From Prasinococcaceae sp. CCMP 1430 (Eukaryota; Plantae; Prasinodermophyta): a DNA stretch of 64,000 nt. Of the stretch, positions 1-11,449 are shown piece after piece. The stretch lies in the NCBI GenBank assembly GCA_013416795.1, contig RQSC01000007.1, positions 25,920 through 89,919 on the forward strand, in the 5' to 3' direction. Every line of letters begins with the position of its first letter. Position 1 is the first letter of the stretch. The translations under genes were made by a program, and so were the position numbers. Below the pieces are notes generated by a model. It searched no databases. It saw only the letters and a program-made list of their open reading frames with translations, and was not told the origin of the DNA.

Positions 1-782
1 CGCCGGCGCGGCGAGCGCGCCGACGCGCGCCGCAGCGGCGTGCGACCTTTTCCCCGTTTTTTTTTTTTTTAAATAAAATAAAAATAAAAATTCGCGCGGA
101 ATTTGATAGAGGCGTGCGCCGCGCGACAGGCCCGCGTCGAGTCGAACCGCCGGGCGGATGCGCGCCCCGCTGAAATCCGACGCCGCGCGCGGAGCCTTTG
201 TTTTTTTTTTTTTTCCTTGCCCGACCGAAGCTTCGACCGGGGGCGCAGGTCTGCCAACCAACCACGAAAAGGCAGGCGTGGCTGGAGCGGAGATCATCGA
301 GAGTGGAGCCCAGCAGAAGAATGTGTGCATCTGCCTGTATGTGCAATGAGTAAAAATTCGTATGTATTACTCACGGGCGACATTTCAATTGGTGTTTTTA
401 AAAAATCGTCAAGTTCGTTTGGTTTCGACGCAGGAAAAAAAGGAAGGCGCGCCGATATCAGATCTGTTCAGAGGTGCGTCCGCGTCGGATCGGATCATCA
501 GATATTTGTTTGTTTTGGGGGTGTCAGGAGCCATCGAAACGCATTCGGGGGCGCCACGCGGGACGCCGCGGCGCCGCGCGCGCGGCGGGGCCGCCTGCAA
601 AAAAAAAAAACGGCCTCAAATGTGCACGAATTTCATTACGCGAAGTTGACGCAGCCCTGGCAAGTGCGGCGCCTCGGGTGCGTGGGTGGGGAGGGGGGTG
701 GGGACGAGGGGGACGAGGGGGACGAGGGGAGGCTCAGGCCTGGGGCGCGCCCGGGCGCGCCGAGCCGCCGCCGTAGCCCGTC

Positions 783-1937
783 TTACATGGGCGGCAGCTC
801 GAAGTCGGTGTCGTCGTCGAGCCTGGCGAGGGTGCGCAGGTCGGGCGCGCCGCCGCGCCGCTCGGCCGCCGCCTCGAACTCGGCCGCGGCCGCCACGCTG
901 AGCTCGTCCTGCAGCATCTCGGCGCACACCGCCGGGGCGAGGGTGAACGTGTCGCAGCCGTGCTCGGCAGCGAGGCGTTCGAGCACCTCCACTGAACGCA
1001 CCGATGCCACCAGCACCCGCGTGGAGGAGTTGGCCGCGAGCTGCGCAGCGCGCATGGCGCCCGTGGACGCCTCGCCGTCGCGACCGGCGTCGCACATGCG
1101 GCCAACGTACGGCGCTGCGTACTCGGCGCCGACACTCATCGCCGCGAGCATCTGCGCCGGGCGGTACACGGCAGTGAGGCACACGCGGATCCCCAGGTCG
1201 ACCAGCGCGGCGGCGGCCTCCACACCAGCGAGCGTGGCGGGCACCTTGACGATAACGCGCGCGCGGTTGGCGTTGGCGAGCGCCTCCCCCGTGAGCACCA
1301 TCTCCCGCGCGCTCCCCCCCCACGCCTGCAGCATGACCTCCTCACAGTGCGGCGAGCGCAGCGCGTCGCGTGCGAGCTCAACGCATGCGGAAACGGTGCA
1401 CTGCCGCCCGGCGCGTTCTAGGATGGTCGGGTTGGTCGTCACCCCGCAAAACGCGCCCGACGGCAGGAGCTGGCGCCAGTCGGCCTCGCTCGCGCTGTCG
1501 ATGAAGAGCCGCAGCTTGCCGCGCGCCGAGGCGCGTGCAGAGGGCGCCGGCTGAGTGACAGAGGGGGGCACCGGCTGCTCGGAAAAGTCCGAGGCGATGT
1601 CTGCGCGTACGCACGCGCGTGTGGGCGGTCAGGTGGGGGACGCTGTCGCGCGCCAAAACGGGTGATCGCGCGCGCCTGGGAGGCCAGCGACGCGAGCGCG
1701 GACGAGTGCACGGAGTGCGCGCGTGGGCAATCACGCACCTCCCGCGCCGGACGCGGCCGCCCGTGCAGCTCCCATCTCCGCCTGCATCTGTGCCGCCGCC
1801 GCCGGGATGCCCTCGGGCGACAGCATCTGCGCCATGAGCTGCCGCATGCGCGCTGCGTCGTCCGCCTCGGACGGGGGCGCCTGCGCACGCGCGGCCCATC
1901 GCCGCGCGCGCGCTCGGCGAGGGACGCCTCTCTCCAT
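783..1937 (-). CDS. Transaldolase/fructose-6-phosphate aldolase family protein (short TalC/FSA type) with N-terminal transit-like exon; join(1937..1739,1600..783)
   Basis: Motifs LFIDSA, GVTTNPT, catalytic IVKVPAT, AAPYVGR. A GT-AG intron at 1738..1601 puts the upstream Arg/Ala-rich ATG exon in frame. Confidence 0.88.
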
Positions 1938-2443
1938 TTGCTAAATCCTTCACCACAAAATATTTAAAACGTGCGGGAGGGGGAGGGCTGCAAGCACTCA
2001 GAGCGCTGAGCGCGCGCGCTGTGACGCGGCAGCCCGGGCAGCTGCGCTTCGCCTTCCATGGAAGTTTTCCGGAAATTTGCTGCCGGCAGGGATCCATTCA
2101 CGGCATATCACACACGTGCGATGCCGTCGCCGGCGCTCAGGCCCCGGGCAGGAGTCGGCGGAGGCGCGAGGGAGAGGGCGCTGCCACGGCCGGGTAGGGA
2201 GGGACGGAGGGAGGGAGGGCGGAGGCTTGTGCTAGAGATGTGTGTGTTTGGGGGACGAGAGTTGCAGCACTTGTGAGACGGGTGGAGGACGAGCGGCGGG
2301 TGCATCGACGGTGTTGCGTCACTGAATGTTACTGCTTTGTATTCATCCTGCCCCCCCACCCCACCCCCCACCAACAAGCGCTACTACCATCTGATCACCC
2401 ATTACGCGCTGCAACTCCGCTGCAGCGCGGGAGTGAGGGTTTC

Positions 2444-4172
2444 CTAGTCGAAGGTCACCTTCTTGTTCGCGCCGCTTCCGCCGCCAGACGCGTCGATGGA
2501 GAATCCGCCGCCGCGACCGCCACGTCCGCCGCCACGACCGCCGAAGCCTCCACGGCCGCGGCCGCCACCGCTCCTGCTGTCAGTGCGCCCGTGGCCCCTG
2601 CCGGCTCCGCCTCCGAACCTGCCAAAGCCACCCCTGCCGCCGCCGCCCCGGCCGCCGCCCCGGCCGCCGCCCCGGCCGCCGCCCTGCCGCACGTCGACGT
2701 ACAGCTGTCCGCCCGCCACCTCGGCGTAGTTGAACTCGCCCGCCTTGCCCTGCTCCTCGGCCGAGCCGTACTTGATGAAGCCGATGCCCTTGAGGCCCCC
2801 GGTCTCGCGGTCGACGGGCAGCGAGATGTTGAGGATCTCGCCCGCCTCGGAGAACTTCTCCTGCAGCGCGGCGCGCACGGCGTCCTCGCCCATGTTGCCA
2901 TCGAAGCCCTTGACAAAGACCTCGAAGCCCTCGTCGCGCGGGAAGCGGGGAGAGCGATCGAAGCCGCCGCCGTTGCCCCCGTCGCCTCCCCAGCTCTGCC
3001 GCGGCTCGCGCGGGCGCGCCTTGTCGATGAAGAGCTCGCGGCCCATGAACTCGACGCCCGACATGGCGTAGGCCTTCTCGCAGCCCGCCTCGTCGAGGAA
3101 GTCCACGTGGCAGAAGCCGCGCGGGCGGCCGGTCTCAGCGTCCAGCGGGATGCGCACGGCCGACACCTCGCCGCACTGCGTGAAGAACTCGCCAACGGCG
3201 TTCTCGTCGGCCGCCCACGGGAGGTTCTTGACGAAAATGGTGACGATGCCGTCGCCGGCCGGCGCGGCCTTGGCCGCGGGCTCCTCCGCCGCGGGCTCCT
3301 CGGCCTTGCGCTTCTTGCTGGGCTCCTCCTTCTCCTCGTCCGAGTCGCTGTCCGAGCTGTCCGAGCCCGAGTCCGAGTCCGAGTCGCTGTCGGACGAATC
3401 CGAGTCCGAGCCCGCCTTGGCCTTGTCGTCGCCGCCGTCGTCCGAGTCCGAGTCCGACGAGTCCGAGTCCGACGAGTCCGAATCGGACGAGTCCGAATCG
3501 GACGAGTCCGAGCCCGCCTTGGCTGCGGCGGGCGCGGCCTTCTCGTCATCCGAGTCCGAGTCCGAATCGGACGAGTCCGAATCGGACGAGTCCGAATCAG
3601 CCTTGGCTGCGGCGGGCGCGGCCTTCTCGTCATCCGAGTCCGAGTCGGAGTCGGACGAGTCCGAATCGGAGCCGGAATCCGAGTCCGAGTCGTCCGAGTC
3701 GTCCGAGTCCGAGTCGTCCTTCTTGCCGGAGAGCTTCACCACCTTCTGCGGGCGCTTTTTGTTTTGGCATGGATTGGATCGATGGGCGCAAGGGGGGCGC
3801 AGAAAGGGAGCGACCACGTCAGCCACGGCGTGGGCGTGCGTTGGCGCGAATGGCCGCGCCGCCCGCCCGCTCGCCTGCCCGCACGCAGCACACGCGGCGC
3901 CGCGCCCACCAGCGCCTCCGCACGCGCAGCCGCGACCGCCGATCGGCGCAGCCCGCGGCGGGCGCGCGATCGCGCCGCCGCACCTCATCCTCGTCCGACT
4001 CCGAGTCGCTGCTGTCGCTGTCGCTGTCGCTGCTGTCGCTGTCGCTGCTGCTGGGCTCGGGCGTGGGCTCCTTCTTGGCCTTCTTCGCCTTCTTGTCCAC
4101 CTTGCCCTTGGCCACCTTGCCCAGGTCCTTCTTGTCCTTCTTCGAGGCCTTGGCCATCGACTTCGAGCCCAT
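2444..4172 (-). CDS. NCL: Nucleolin-like protein; join(4172..3984,3745..2444)
   Basis: Lys-rich N-terminus, long Asp/Ser acidic repeats, two RRMs (IFVKNL...RGFCHVDF; VFVKGF...KGIGFIKY), C-terminal RGG/GAR tail ending KKVTFD. Phase-0 GT-AG intron. Confidence 0.9.
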
Positions 4173-4286
4173 GGCGATCGATCGGCGGGAGCGGTCGAGG
4201 CGCCCGGGCGGGGCGAGCGCGCGCGGTGTGGCGCCGCGGGCCCCGCCGAGTGCCCCCTCCCCCCCCCCTCCCCCCCGCGGCGGCGG

Positions 4287-5165
4287 NNNNNNNNNNNNNN
4301 NNNNNNNNNNNNNNNNNNNNNNNNNNNNNNNNNNNNNNNNNNNNNNNNNNNNNNNNNNNNNNNNNNNNNNNNNNNNNNNNNNNNNNNNNNNNNNNNNNNN
4401 NNNNNNNNNNNNNNNNNNNNNNNNNNNNNNNNNNNNNNNNNNNNNNNNNNNNNNNNNNNNNNNNNNNNNNNNNNNNNNNNNNNNNNNNNNNNNNNNNNNN
4501 NNNNNNNNNNNNNNNNNNNNNNNNNNNNNNNNNNNNNNNNNNNNNNNNNNNNNNNNNNNNNNNNNNNNNNNNNNNNNNNNNNNNNNNNNNNNNNNNNNNN
4601 NNNNNNNNNNNNNNNNNNNNNNNNNNNNNNNNNNNNNNNNNNNNNNNNNNNNNNNNNNNNNNNNNNNNNNNNNNNNNNNNNNNNNNNNNNNNNNNNNNNN
4701 NNNNNNNNNNNNNNNNNNNNNNNNNNNNNNNNNNNNNNNNNNNNNNNNNNNNNNNNNNNNNNNNNNNNNNNNNNNNNNNNNNNNNNNNNNNNNNNNNNNN
4801 NNNNNNNNNNNNNNNNNNNNNNNNNNNNNNNNNNNNNNNNNNNNNNNNNNNNNNNNNNNNNNNNNNNNNNNNNNNNNNNNNNNNNNNNNNNNNNNNNNNN
4901 NNNNNNNNNNNNNNNNNNNNNNNNNNNNNNNNNNNNNNNNNNNNNNNNNNNNNNNNNNNNNNNNNNNNNNNNNNNNNNNNNNNNNNNNNNNNNNNNNNNN
5001 NNNNNNNNNNNNNNNNNNNNNNNNNNNNNNNNNNNNNNNNNNNNNNNNNNNNNNNNNNNNNNNNNNNNNNNNNNNNNNNNNNNNNNNNNNNNNNNNNNNN
5101 NNNNNNNNNNNNNNNNNNNNNNNNNNNNNNNNNNNNNNNNNNNNNNNNNNNNNNNNNNNNNNNNN
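4287..5165. other. Assembly gap (N run)
   Basis: Continuous N. Confidence 1.
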
Positions 5166-5987
5166 CGCGCCGCGGGCGCCGCCGAAGGGGCGCTCGACCG
5201 TGCCCGACCTCGCGGCCGCCGAGGCCGCGCGCGAGGGGCAGGAGGCCTCCACGCGGCTCATCGCGCGGATGCTCGAGGCGGGGCCCAACGCCGCCGCGGT
5301 CGTGCGCGAGCACATCGACGAGGTGGACGAGCGCTTCCTGACCATGCTGGACATGTACACGAAGATGGCCGAGAAGGACGGCGAGCCCGAGGTCGTTGGC
5401 CGCTTGGTGAGTGAGCCGGCCTGTCGTGTGCCAGCAACCCCTCGCGTCCGCCGGCACACCCGTTCACCCGCGCGCCGCGCGTGCGCCGCGCGCCCTGACG
5501 CGCGCCGGGACACGCAGCGCCAGCTCCTGCAGGTGATTTTTGAGGAGAAGCAGAAGACGCTGCGCCCGGAGATCCGGCTGCTCAACGAGCTGCTGCAAGC
5601 CAAGGACACGAACGAGCGAGAGCTCGCCCTTGGGGCCGCGCCCGACGCGCTCACTTCAGACGACGGGTACTTCTTCGGGCTCGTCGACAGGTGCGCGCGC
5701 TCGCGCGTCCGCCCATCCATCTGCACAATAGCCGACCAACAGACATGTCCAGGACGCGCGCACCCACGCGCGCGCGTTTCCTCCAACTGCCCAAACGCCG
5801 CCCCCCGCCCCTCCCCCCCCGCGCGCTGACAAGCGAGCGGCCACCGGCACCTCGCAGGATGCGTGGCGACGTGTCCGCACAGCGCACCAATCCGCAGCGC
5901 GAGCGCACGGTCAAGCTGCTGGACGAGATCCGCTCGATGGCGAAGCGCGCGCTCAAGAGGCGCGCGGCGGCGGCGGGCGCGCAGTGA
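5166..5987 (+). CDS. 3' part of an uncharacterised alpha-helical protein (5' end in gap); exons 5166..5406, 5518..5690, 5858..5987
   Basis: GC3-rich codons and two GT-AG introns with CTGAC branch points that keep the frame (…VVGRL|RQLLQVIFEEKQKTLRPEIRLLNELL…LVD|RMRGD…). The PEIRLLxxLL segment recalls conserved green-lineage plastid proteins (weak recollection). Confidence 0.65.
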
Positions 5988-6192
5988 GCGCGCGGTGCGC
6001 GCTCGTGGCATTTGCGCGACGACGTGCAAGTAAGCGCTGGAGGCGGTCGCGCTCCAGCCCTGGCAGTATCGCGGATGCAAGTGCGCAGCGCGGCGCGCGC
6101 GCGCGACGCGATTGGGGGTCACGGCCACTGAGCGCACGGGAAACAATTACTGGCAATGCGGCACCGCAGTGAGCCGCGCGCCCGCTCGGACC

Positions 6193-7014
6193 CTACAGGC
6201 TCTCCAGCCTGACCTGCTTGTCAGGCTGCTTGAGCACGCAGCCGGGCTGGGGCCGGTACTTGGCCCAGTACTCGGGCGGCAGCCTGTCACAGAAGCGCTC
6301 CAGGAGCTCCGGCGGCATCCACTTGGTGGCAGCCTCGAGGTGCACGCCGGTGGGCTCGGCCGAGCAGTACTTCCGCGAGCCGGGCGCCGCGAGATACTGC
6401 TGATGGTAGTCCTCGGCGTACGTGAAGAAGCTCTCGGACCTGTCCGTTGGGATCTGCATCACCTCGGTGGTGACCTTGCTCGTGCGCCCCTTCCCCTCCC
6501 TGCGGAGCCCCTTGCCATACGCCTCCTTGGCCGCCTGCGACGCCACGAGCTGCTCCTTGGTCGTGCAATAGATGCCCGAGCGGTACTGCGAGCCGGCGTC
6601 GCCTCCTTGGCGGTTGCCCTGCGTGGGGTCGTGGCTCTCGAAGAACACGCGGAGCAGGTCGGCGAACGACACGACCTGGGGGTTCCACGTGACCTGCACG
6701 CACTCGACCGCGCCCGTGTGGCCGCCGCACACCTGCTCGTACGTCGGCGCAGAGTAGCCTGGCTTGCCCGCGGCGTATCCGACCGCCGTCGTGTGCACGC
6801 CCGGCACGCGCCAGAACGCCTTCTCGCTGCCCCAGAAGCAGCCCGTGGCGAACACGCAGCGCTCGAAGCCCTCCGGCACGTCGCCGAGCTTGGTCCCCAG
6901 CACGCGGTGGCGCCTGGCAGCGCGCGCCATGGTGCCCGCATGCTGCGCCGCCTTCTGCGCGAACGTCTCCTCCTTCGGCGCCGCAGGGTTGCAGAAGAAC
7001 GACAGGATCCCCAT
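6193..7014 (-). CDS. msrA: Peptide methionine sulfoxide reductase A
   Basis: GCFWG catalytic motif, YEQVCGGHTG, HDPTQGNRQG, QYRSGIY, AEDYHQQYL. Confidence 0.95.
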   Translation of the reverse strand: MGILSFFCNPAAPKEETFAQKAAQHAGTMARAARRHRVLGTKLGDVPEGFERCVFATGCFWGSEKAFWRVPGVHTTAVGYAAGKPGYSAPTYEQVCGGHTGAVECVQVTWNPQVVSFADLLRVFFESHDPTQGNRQGGDAGSQYRSGIYCTTKEQLVASQAAKEAYGKGLRREGKGRTSKVTTEVMQIPTDRSESFFTYAEDYHQQYLAAPGSRKYCSAEPTGVHLEAATKWMPPELLERFCDRLPPEYWAKYRPQPGCVLKQPDKQVRLESL

Positions 7015-7440
7015 CGCCGCTCCGCGCAGGCGGCGCGGCGGCGGGGCGGGGAGGGGGAAGGGGGNTTGTGTCTGCAGGTTGTCGACGCGTGCAATGCATC
7101 GCCCCTGCGCGGGAACAACGTGCAGAGAGCGATGCGAAATTTCACAGGCATTTTTGACGGCGTGCGCTCGGTGACAAAAATGCCACAGCGCGCGCGCGCG
7201 GCTGCGGCGCGCGGCGCTGCCTCCCGCTTCCGCCCCCCCCGGGCTGGCGCGCGCGCGGGGCCGTGGGGAGGCCGGCGGCGGCGGCGGGTGGGCGGAGCGA
7301 GGGCTCTTTTCCGGTCCCCTCGTCGCCCTGCCTGTCTCCCCCGCTACCGCCCCCGCTCTTTCCCTCTCTCTCGCGCGCGCTCCGCGTGTGCTGGCCGCGC
7401 GTGGCTGCAGTGTAGTCCCGGGGCGGGCCGCCGCAGCGCG

Positions 7441-8905
7441 ATGCCGGCGCTGCCGCCCAAGGAGACCGTCGCCGCCGACAGCCCGGACAACCCGTTCGGC
7501 GGCGGCGTGTGGCCCCTCGCGCTCGCGTGGTGCGCCGAGACGGCCGGCGGCGAGTTTCCAGACACGATGGCCGTCGTCGACGTGGGCGAGCGGTGCGGGC
7601 GAGCGAGCGCGCGGCGCATTGAGGATGGGGGACAAAGGGGATGCTTATGAGCGTTCCAGCGGGCGAGCGGGCGCAGGGACAGGTGCGCTGCGTCTCTGGG
7701 GTGCCTGCTGACAGCGCGCGCTGGCCTGTGCCTGCTCCCCCCTCGCACTCGCGTGCAGGGGCGACGTCGTGTGCATCGGCCTCGAGGGCGGCGCGATATC
7801 GCTGTACGACGGCGCGACTGGCGAGGAGCTCGGCGCACTCACCGGCCACTCGGACGGCTCCGTGCTCGCGCTGGCATCGGCGGGGCGATTTCTCGTTAGC
7901 GGCGGGTGCGACGGCGCCGCGCGCGTCTGGGACGTGGAGCGCGCCGTCGTCGAGGCGTGCGGCAGCAGCGAGCCTTCGGCCGCCGCCCTCGTGCGCGCGG
8001 TGCAGCTCGACGGCACGACCAGATCGCGCTCGGGCGCCTGGGTGGAGGCCGTCGCGGCGACCGAGGACTGCAAGGGGGACGGGCCGTTCTTCGCCGCCGC
8101 GTCCGGCAAGCGTGTCACCGTGTTCAGCGCGTCGGACGCGCTGGAACCCACAGCGCTCGCGCCTTTGGGCTCGACGGTGACGGACCTGAGCTTCATGCGA
8201 AGGCCCGGGGAAGCCGACGCCGACGCCGAGCTCGCCGCCACGTGCTACGGCGGCGTGAGCGTTTGGCCCGCCAGCAGTAAGTCGGGCGCGGAGCCGGCGA
8301 TCCACATGCCCTACAAGGGCGCGCTCGAATCCCTGGCGGTGTCGCCCGACGGCGGCGACTGGGTGGTGGCCGGCTGCCAGGACAGAACCGTGCGCATCTG
8401 GTTCCGACCCGACTGGGAGGCGCGCAACTACGAAATGGGCGGCTACGTAACGAAGGTCACCGCGTGCGCGTTCGATGCGAGCGGCAAGCAAATGGCGAGC
8501 AACGGCGGAGGGATGAAGGGGACCGTGCCCATGGTGTGGAACTTCTCCGGCGAGGGGCCGGCGCACACCGTGCCGGTCGGACTATTTGGGCACGACGAGC
8601 AGGTGCGCCTGCTGGCTTGGGCGCCCGACAAATGCGACTTGGTGCGCGGCAAAGGGGGGCTGGGCGCGCTGGCGACCGCCGGAGACGACAAGACGCTGCT
8701 GGTGTGGGATGTCGACGTGTGGGAAGAGGGCCTGCCCAAGCGTTGCTTTCCCTTCGCGGCCGCTACGCCGGAGGAGCGCATCGCGGCGCTGGGCTGGACG
8801 CGCAGAGGCTGCCCGGTGGTGGCGCTCGAGAGTGGCCACGTCGTGTGCTACCGGCTACCCACCCCGCTGGTGCCAAAGGCATCGACACCAGAAACCGATG
8901 ACTAG
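7441..8905 (+). CDS. WD40-repeat protein; join(7441..7592,7759..8905)
   Basis: Repeated GH…WD-like units (LTGHSDGSV…RVWD; GCQDRTVRIW; GHDEQV…LLVWD). GT-AG intron; TGTAA 37 nt after the stop. Confidence 0.82.
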
Positions 8906-9130
8906 GAGTTCCGTGCGGCATCACCACCCGCCCGCCCAAAATGTAACGCTATTCAACCGCTGCTGCGTGGCGTGACATGCGCGCGCGCAGACGCGCGCGC
9001 GGCGTACAAAACAGACAATCTTTCTTGCGTCACATGTGGCGGCAGGAGGCGCGCGTGCGAGCCCTGCCCGCGCGCCGCGCCGCCGCCGCGGCGGCGGCCT
9101 CGCGCCCTTCGTGCGATCAACGAGGCAGGA

Positions 9131-11449
9131 TCAGCGGTCGCAGGGGCGCTTCTCCCGCGCATATGGCCGGCCGTTGCCCTTTCCACCGTAGCGCCGCTTG
9201 GTTGAGATACGCGTAGCTGCGCGGTTCCAATGAAGGCCGTTGGTGATGGCATTGAACCACTCGTTGGTCGGCGAATCCAGACACACCTCGGGCAGCGCCC
9301 ACCTCGAGATGCACACCTCGATGGCCTCCCCTGGGTGCAGTTCCTGCCGCCCCTTACCGTCGAAGGCCACGAAAGCGCTGTTCTGCGCCTTGGCTGGCAC
9401 CTGCACGCGTAGCATGACGCTGTCAGGGAACACCAGCGGCCGGAACGACAGCGAGTGCGGACAGATGGGCGTAAGCAGCACACCAGGCACCTGAGGGTGC
9501 ACCATGGATCCACCCGCCGCCAGCGAGTAGGCGGTCGACCCCGTCGGCGTCGCGATGATCAGGCCGTCGCCCTGCACGTGTGTGATGAACACGCCGTCAC
9601 ACAGCACCTCCACGTTGGTCAGATACGGGCTTGGCCCGCGATCGACCACGATCTCGTTGAGCACGGTTGCAGTCTCGGCCTCGACGTTCTCTGTCACATG
9701 CCCGCGGGAGTCGGTCACGCGACGGAGCACGCGGCACGCGAGCCTACGGCGCAGGTTGAGCTGCACCGCGCGCGAGGTGAGCGTGTGCAGCAGCTGCGTT
9801 GGAGAATGTGCACGACGAAAAGGGAGAGTCAGATGCATGCGGCGCACGAACCGGCGCGCGCACGGCCGCGCGCAGCCCAGTGCACGCACCTCGGCGTGCT
9901 CGGGCGGCGCGTTTGGTGTCATGAAGCCAAGCGTTCCCATGTTGAAACACAGCATCGGCGGGCACGGCCCGTTGAAGAGCGAGCTCGTCCACAGCACGGT
10001 CCCGTCGCCGCCGATGGGAATGGCAAAGTCGACTATGGAAGCGAGGTTGTTCGTGTCGCTGCCATCCTCTGAAGTCCATGCACCCTTCCACGCCGTTGCA
10101 GGCAGGTCGACGTCATCATCGTCGTCGCTGGCGCGGCCTTGGTCGCCAACAGTCGCCCCATCCGCCTCGTTGCCGCTGCCGCTGCCGCTGCCGCTGCCGC
10201 TGCCGGTGCCGGTGCCGGTGCCGCTGAGACTTTCGATGCTGTCGCGAAGGCTGATTGCCCGCGAGCGCACCTGCTTCTCGAAAGAAGGCTCGATGTAAAC
10301 GCTCAAGCCCATATCGCGCGCCAGGTAGCGGATCATCGTGAGGGCGGCGGACTCAGCCGCCGCCGAGCCCAATTTGGCAACCACCAGGCACGCCGACGGT
10401 GGCACGGTCCACTCGAGCCAGTACGTGCCGCGGCTCTCCTGGAACGAGCTGATCGCGCCCATCTGCCCCACGTGCACGCCGTGCATGCCATCCTGCGCGG
10501 TCGAGAGGCCTCCGCAGCCCACCGGCCGTGCGGCGTGGCTCAGAAGAAATGCTCCACTCTTGCCCGGCGACTCGGGCCGCTGATCCGCATCGGCAGGCAC
10601 CCCCGAGCCCCCGCGTCCCCCTACACCAGTTTCCTCGCCCATGTCCTCGCGCTCGCCTGAAGCGCCTTCGCCGGCGTCCGCGCCTAAGCCCGACTCAACG
10701 CGCCCGCGCGCCGAGCTCGTTCGAATGAGTTGGGCGATGTTGGACACGCTGCGCCGGTGCAGATCGAAGCGGTGCGAGTGCATCGTGTTCAGTCGAGGCC
10801 GGGTCACGGGTGGACCGGCGCCCTCGTCGTCGTCCTCGTCCGTCCCAGCCGCACCAGCGATGACGCTGAGGCCCATGTGCACGTCCCGCAAGCCCCGCAG
10901 CCCGCCCTCGTCGCCAGAGAGCACCTCGACAGAGCTTCGGGGCTGGAACGACAGCGCTCTGCGGCTTTGGCCGCGCGGGCTGCGCGCGGTGCCCTGGTGG
11001 CCGTCACCGCCACGGCCACCGCCGTCCGCCGGCGCGCCTTCCGCCGCACCTTCCACTCGGGCGCCGGCCAGTGCTCGGCTCTGCACACGAGCCTCCCGCT
11101 GGGGCTCGCGGTGGTGCTGCTGCTGTTGCTGCGGGAGCCGCGCGTCTCCTGGCGGCGGGCTCACCATGCCGCCGGCCGCGGTGGCAAGTGATACCACGGA
11201 GGAACCGTTTGCGCCCTCGCCACCCGCCACGGCCTGCGCTTGCGCGGCGGCCTGCGTCGCGAGCCTCGCCGCTTCCTCTGCCCTCTCGGAGCACGCGAGC
11301 GCGTCGTCAAGCGCCCCCGCGAGCGCGGCCAGGCGCTCACGCGCGCCCGCGGTGGCGGCCGCGCGCGCCGCCCGCGCACACTCTGCGGCATCCTCCGCCA
11401 CCCGCTGCGCCCGCAGGGCCATCTCCTCCGCCGCGCCCGCTGCACCCAT
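9131..11449 (-). CDS. NADK: NAD(+) kinase with long low-complexity N-terminus; in-frame 96-nt intron 9889..9794
   Basis: GGDGTVL, LNEIVVDRG, GDGLIIATPTGSTAYSLAAGGS, TPICPHSLSFRP. Confidence 0.93.
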   Translation of the reverse strand: MGAAGAAEEMALRAQRVAEDAAECARAARAAATAGARERLAALAGALDDALACSERAEEAARLATQAAAQAQAVAGGEGANGSSVVSLATAAGGMVSPPPGDARLPQQQQQHHREPQREARVQSRALAGARVEGAAEGAPADGGGRGGDGHQGTARSPRGQSRRALSFQPRSSVEVLSGDEGGLRGLRDVHMGLSVIAGAAGTDEDDDEGAGPPVTRPRLNTMHSHRFDLHRRSVSNIAQLIRTSSARGRVESGLGADAGEGASGEREDMGEETGVGGRGGSGVPADADQRPESPGKSGAFLLSHAARPVGCGGLSTAQDGMHGVHVGQMGAISSFQESRGTYWLEWTVPPSACLVVAKLGSAAAESAALTMIRYLARDMGLSVYIEPSFEKQVRSRAISLRDSIESLSGTGTGTGSGSGSGSGSGNEADGATVGDQGRASDDDDDVDLPATAWKGAWTSEDGSDTNNLASIVDFAIPIGGDGTVLWTSSLFNGPCPPMLCFNMGTLGFMTPNAPPEHAEVRALGCARPCARRFVRRMHLTLPFRRAHSPTQLLHTLTSRAVQLNLRRRLACRVLRRVTDSRGHVTENVEAETATVLNEIVVDRGPSPYLTNVEVLCDGVFITHVQGDGLIIATPTGSTAYSLAAGGSMVHPQVPGVLLTPICPHSLSFRPLVFPDSVMLRVQVPAKAQNSAFVAFDGKGRQELHPGEAIEVCISRWALPEVCLDSPTNEWFNAITNGLHWNRAATRISTKRRYGGKGNGRPYAREKRPCDR

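Noticed and set aside
255-650. AT-rich island with a TGAGTAA/TTACTCA inverted repeat and short ORFs
   Set aside because: A 7-bp stem is not significant alone; no snoRNA boxes or coding signature.
3340-3720. Regular repeats (GAGTCC units here; CCGCCGAGC units at 47030-49320 and 56860-57010; 78- and 132-nt repeats at 39543-40000) considered as CRISPR or satellite
   Set aside because: In-frame coding repeats with no unique spacers and no cas genes.
7065-7065. Single N between msrA and the WD40 gene
   Set aside because: Likely a contig join. Flanking genes are intact and no biological signal is evident, but local spacing may be wrong.
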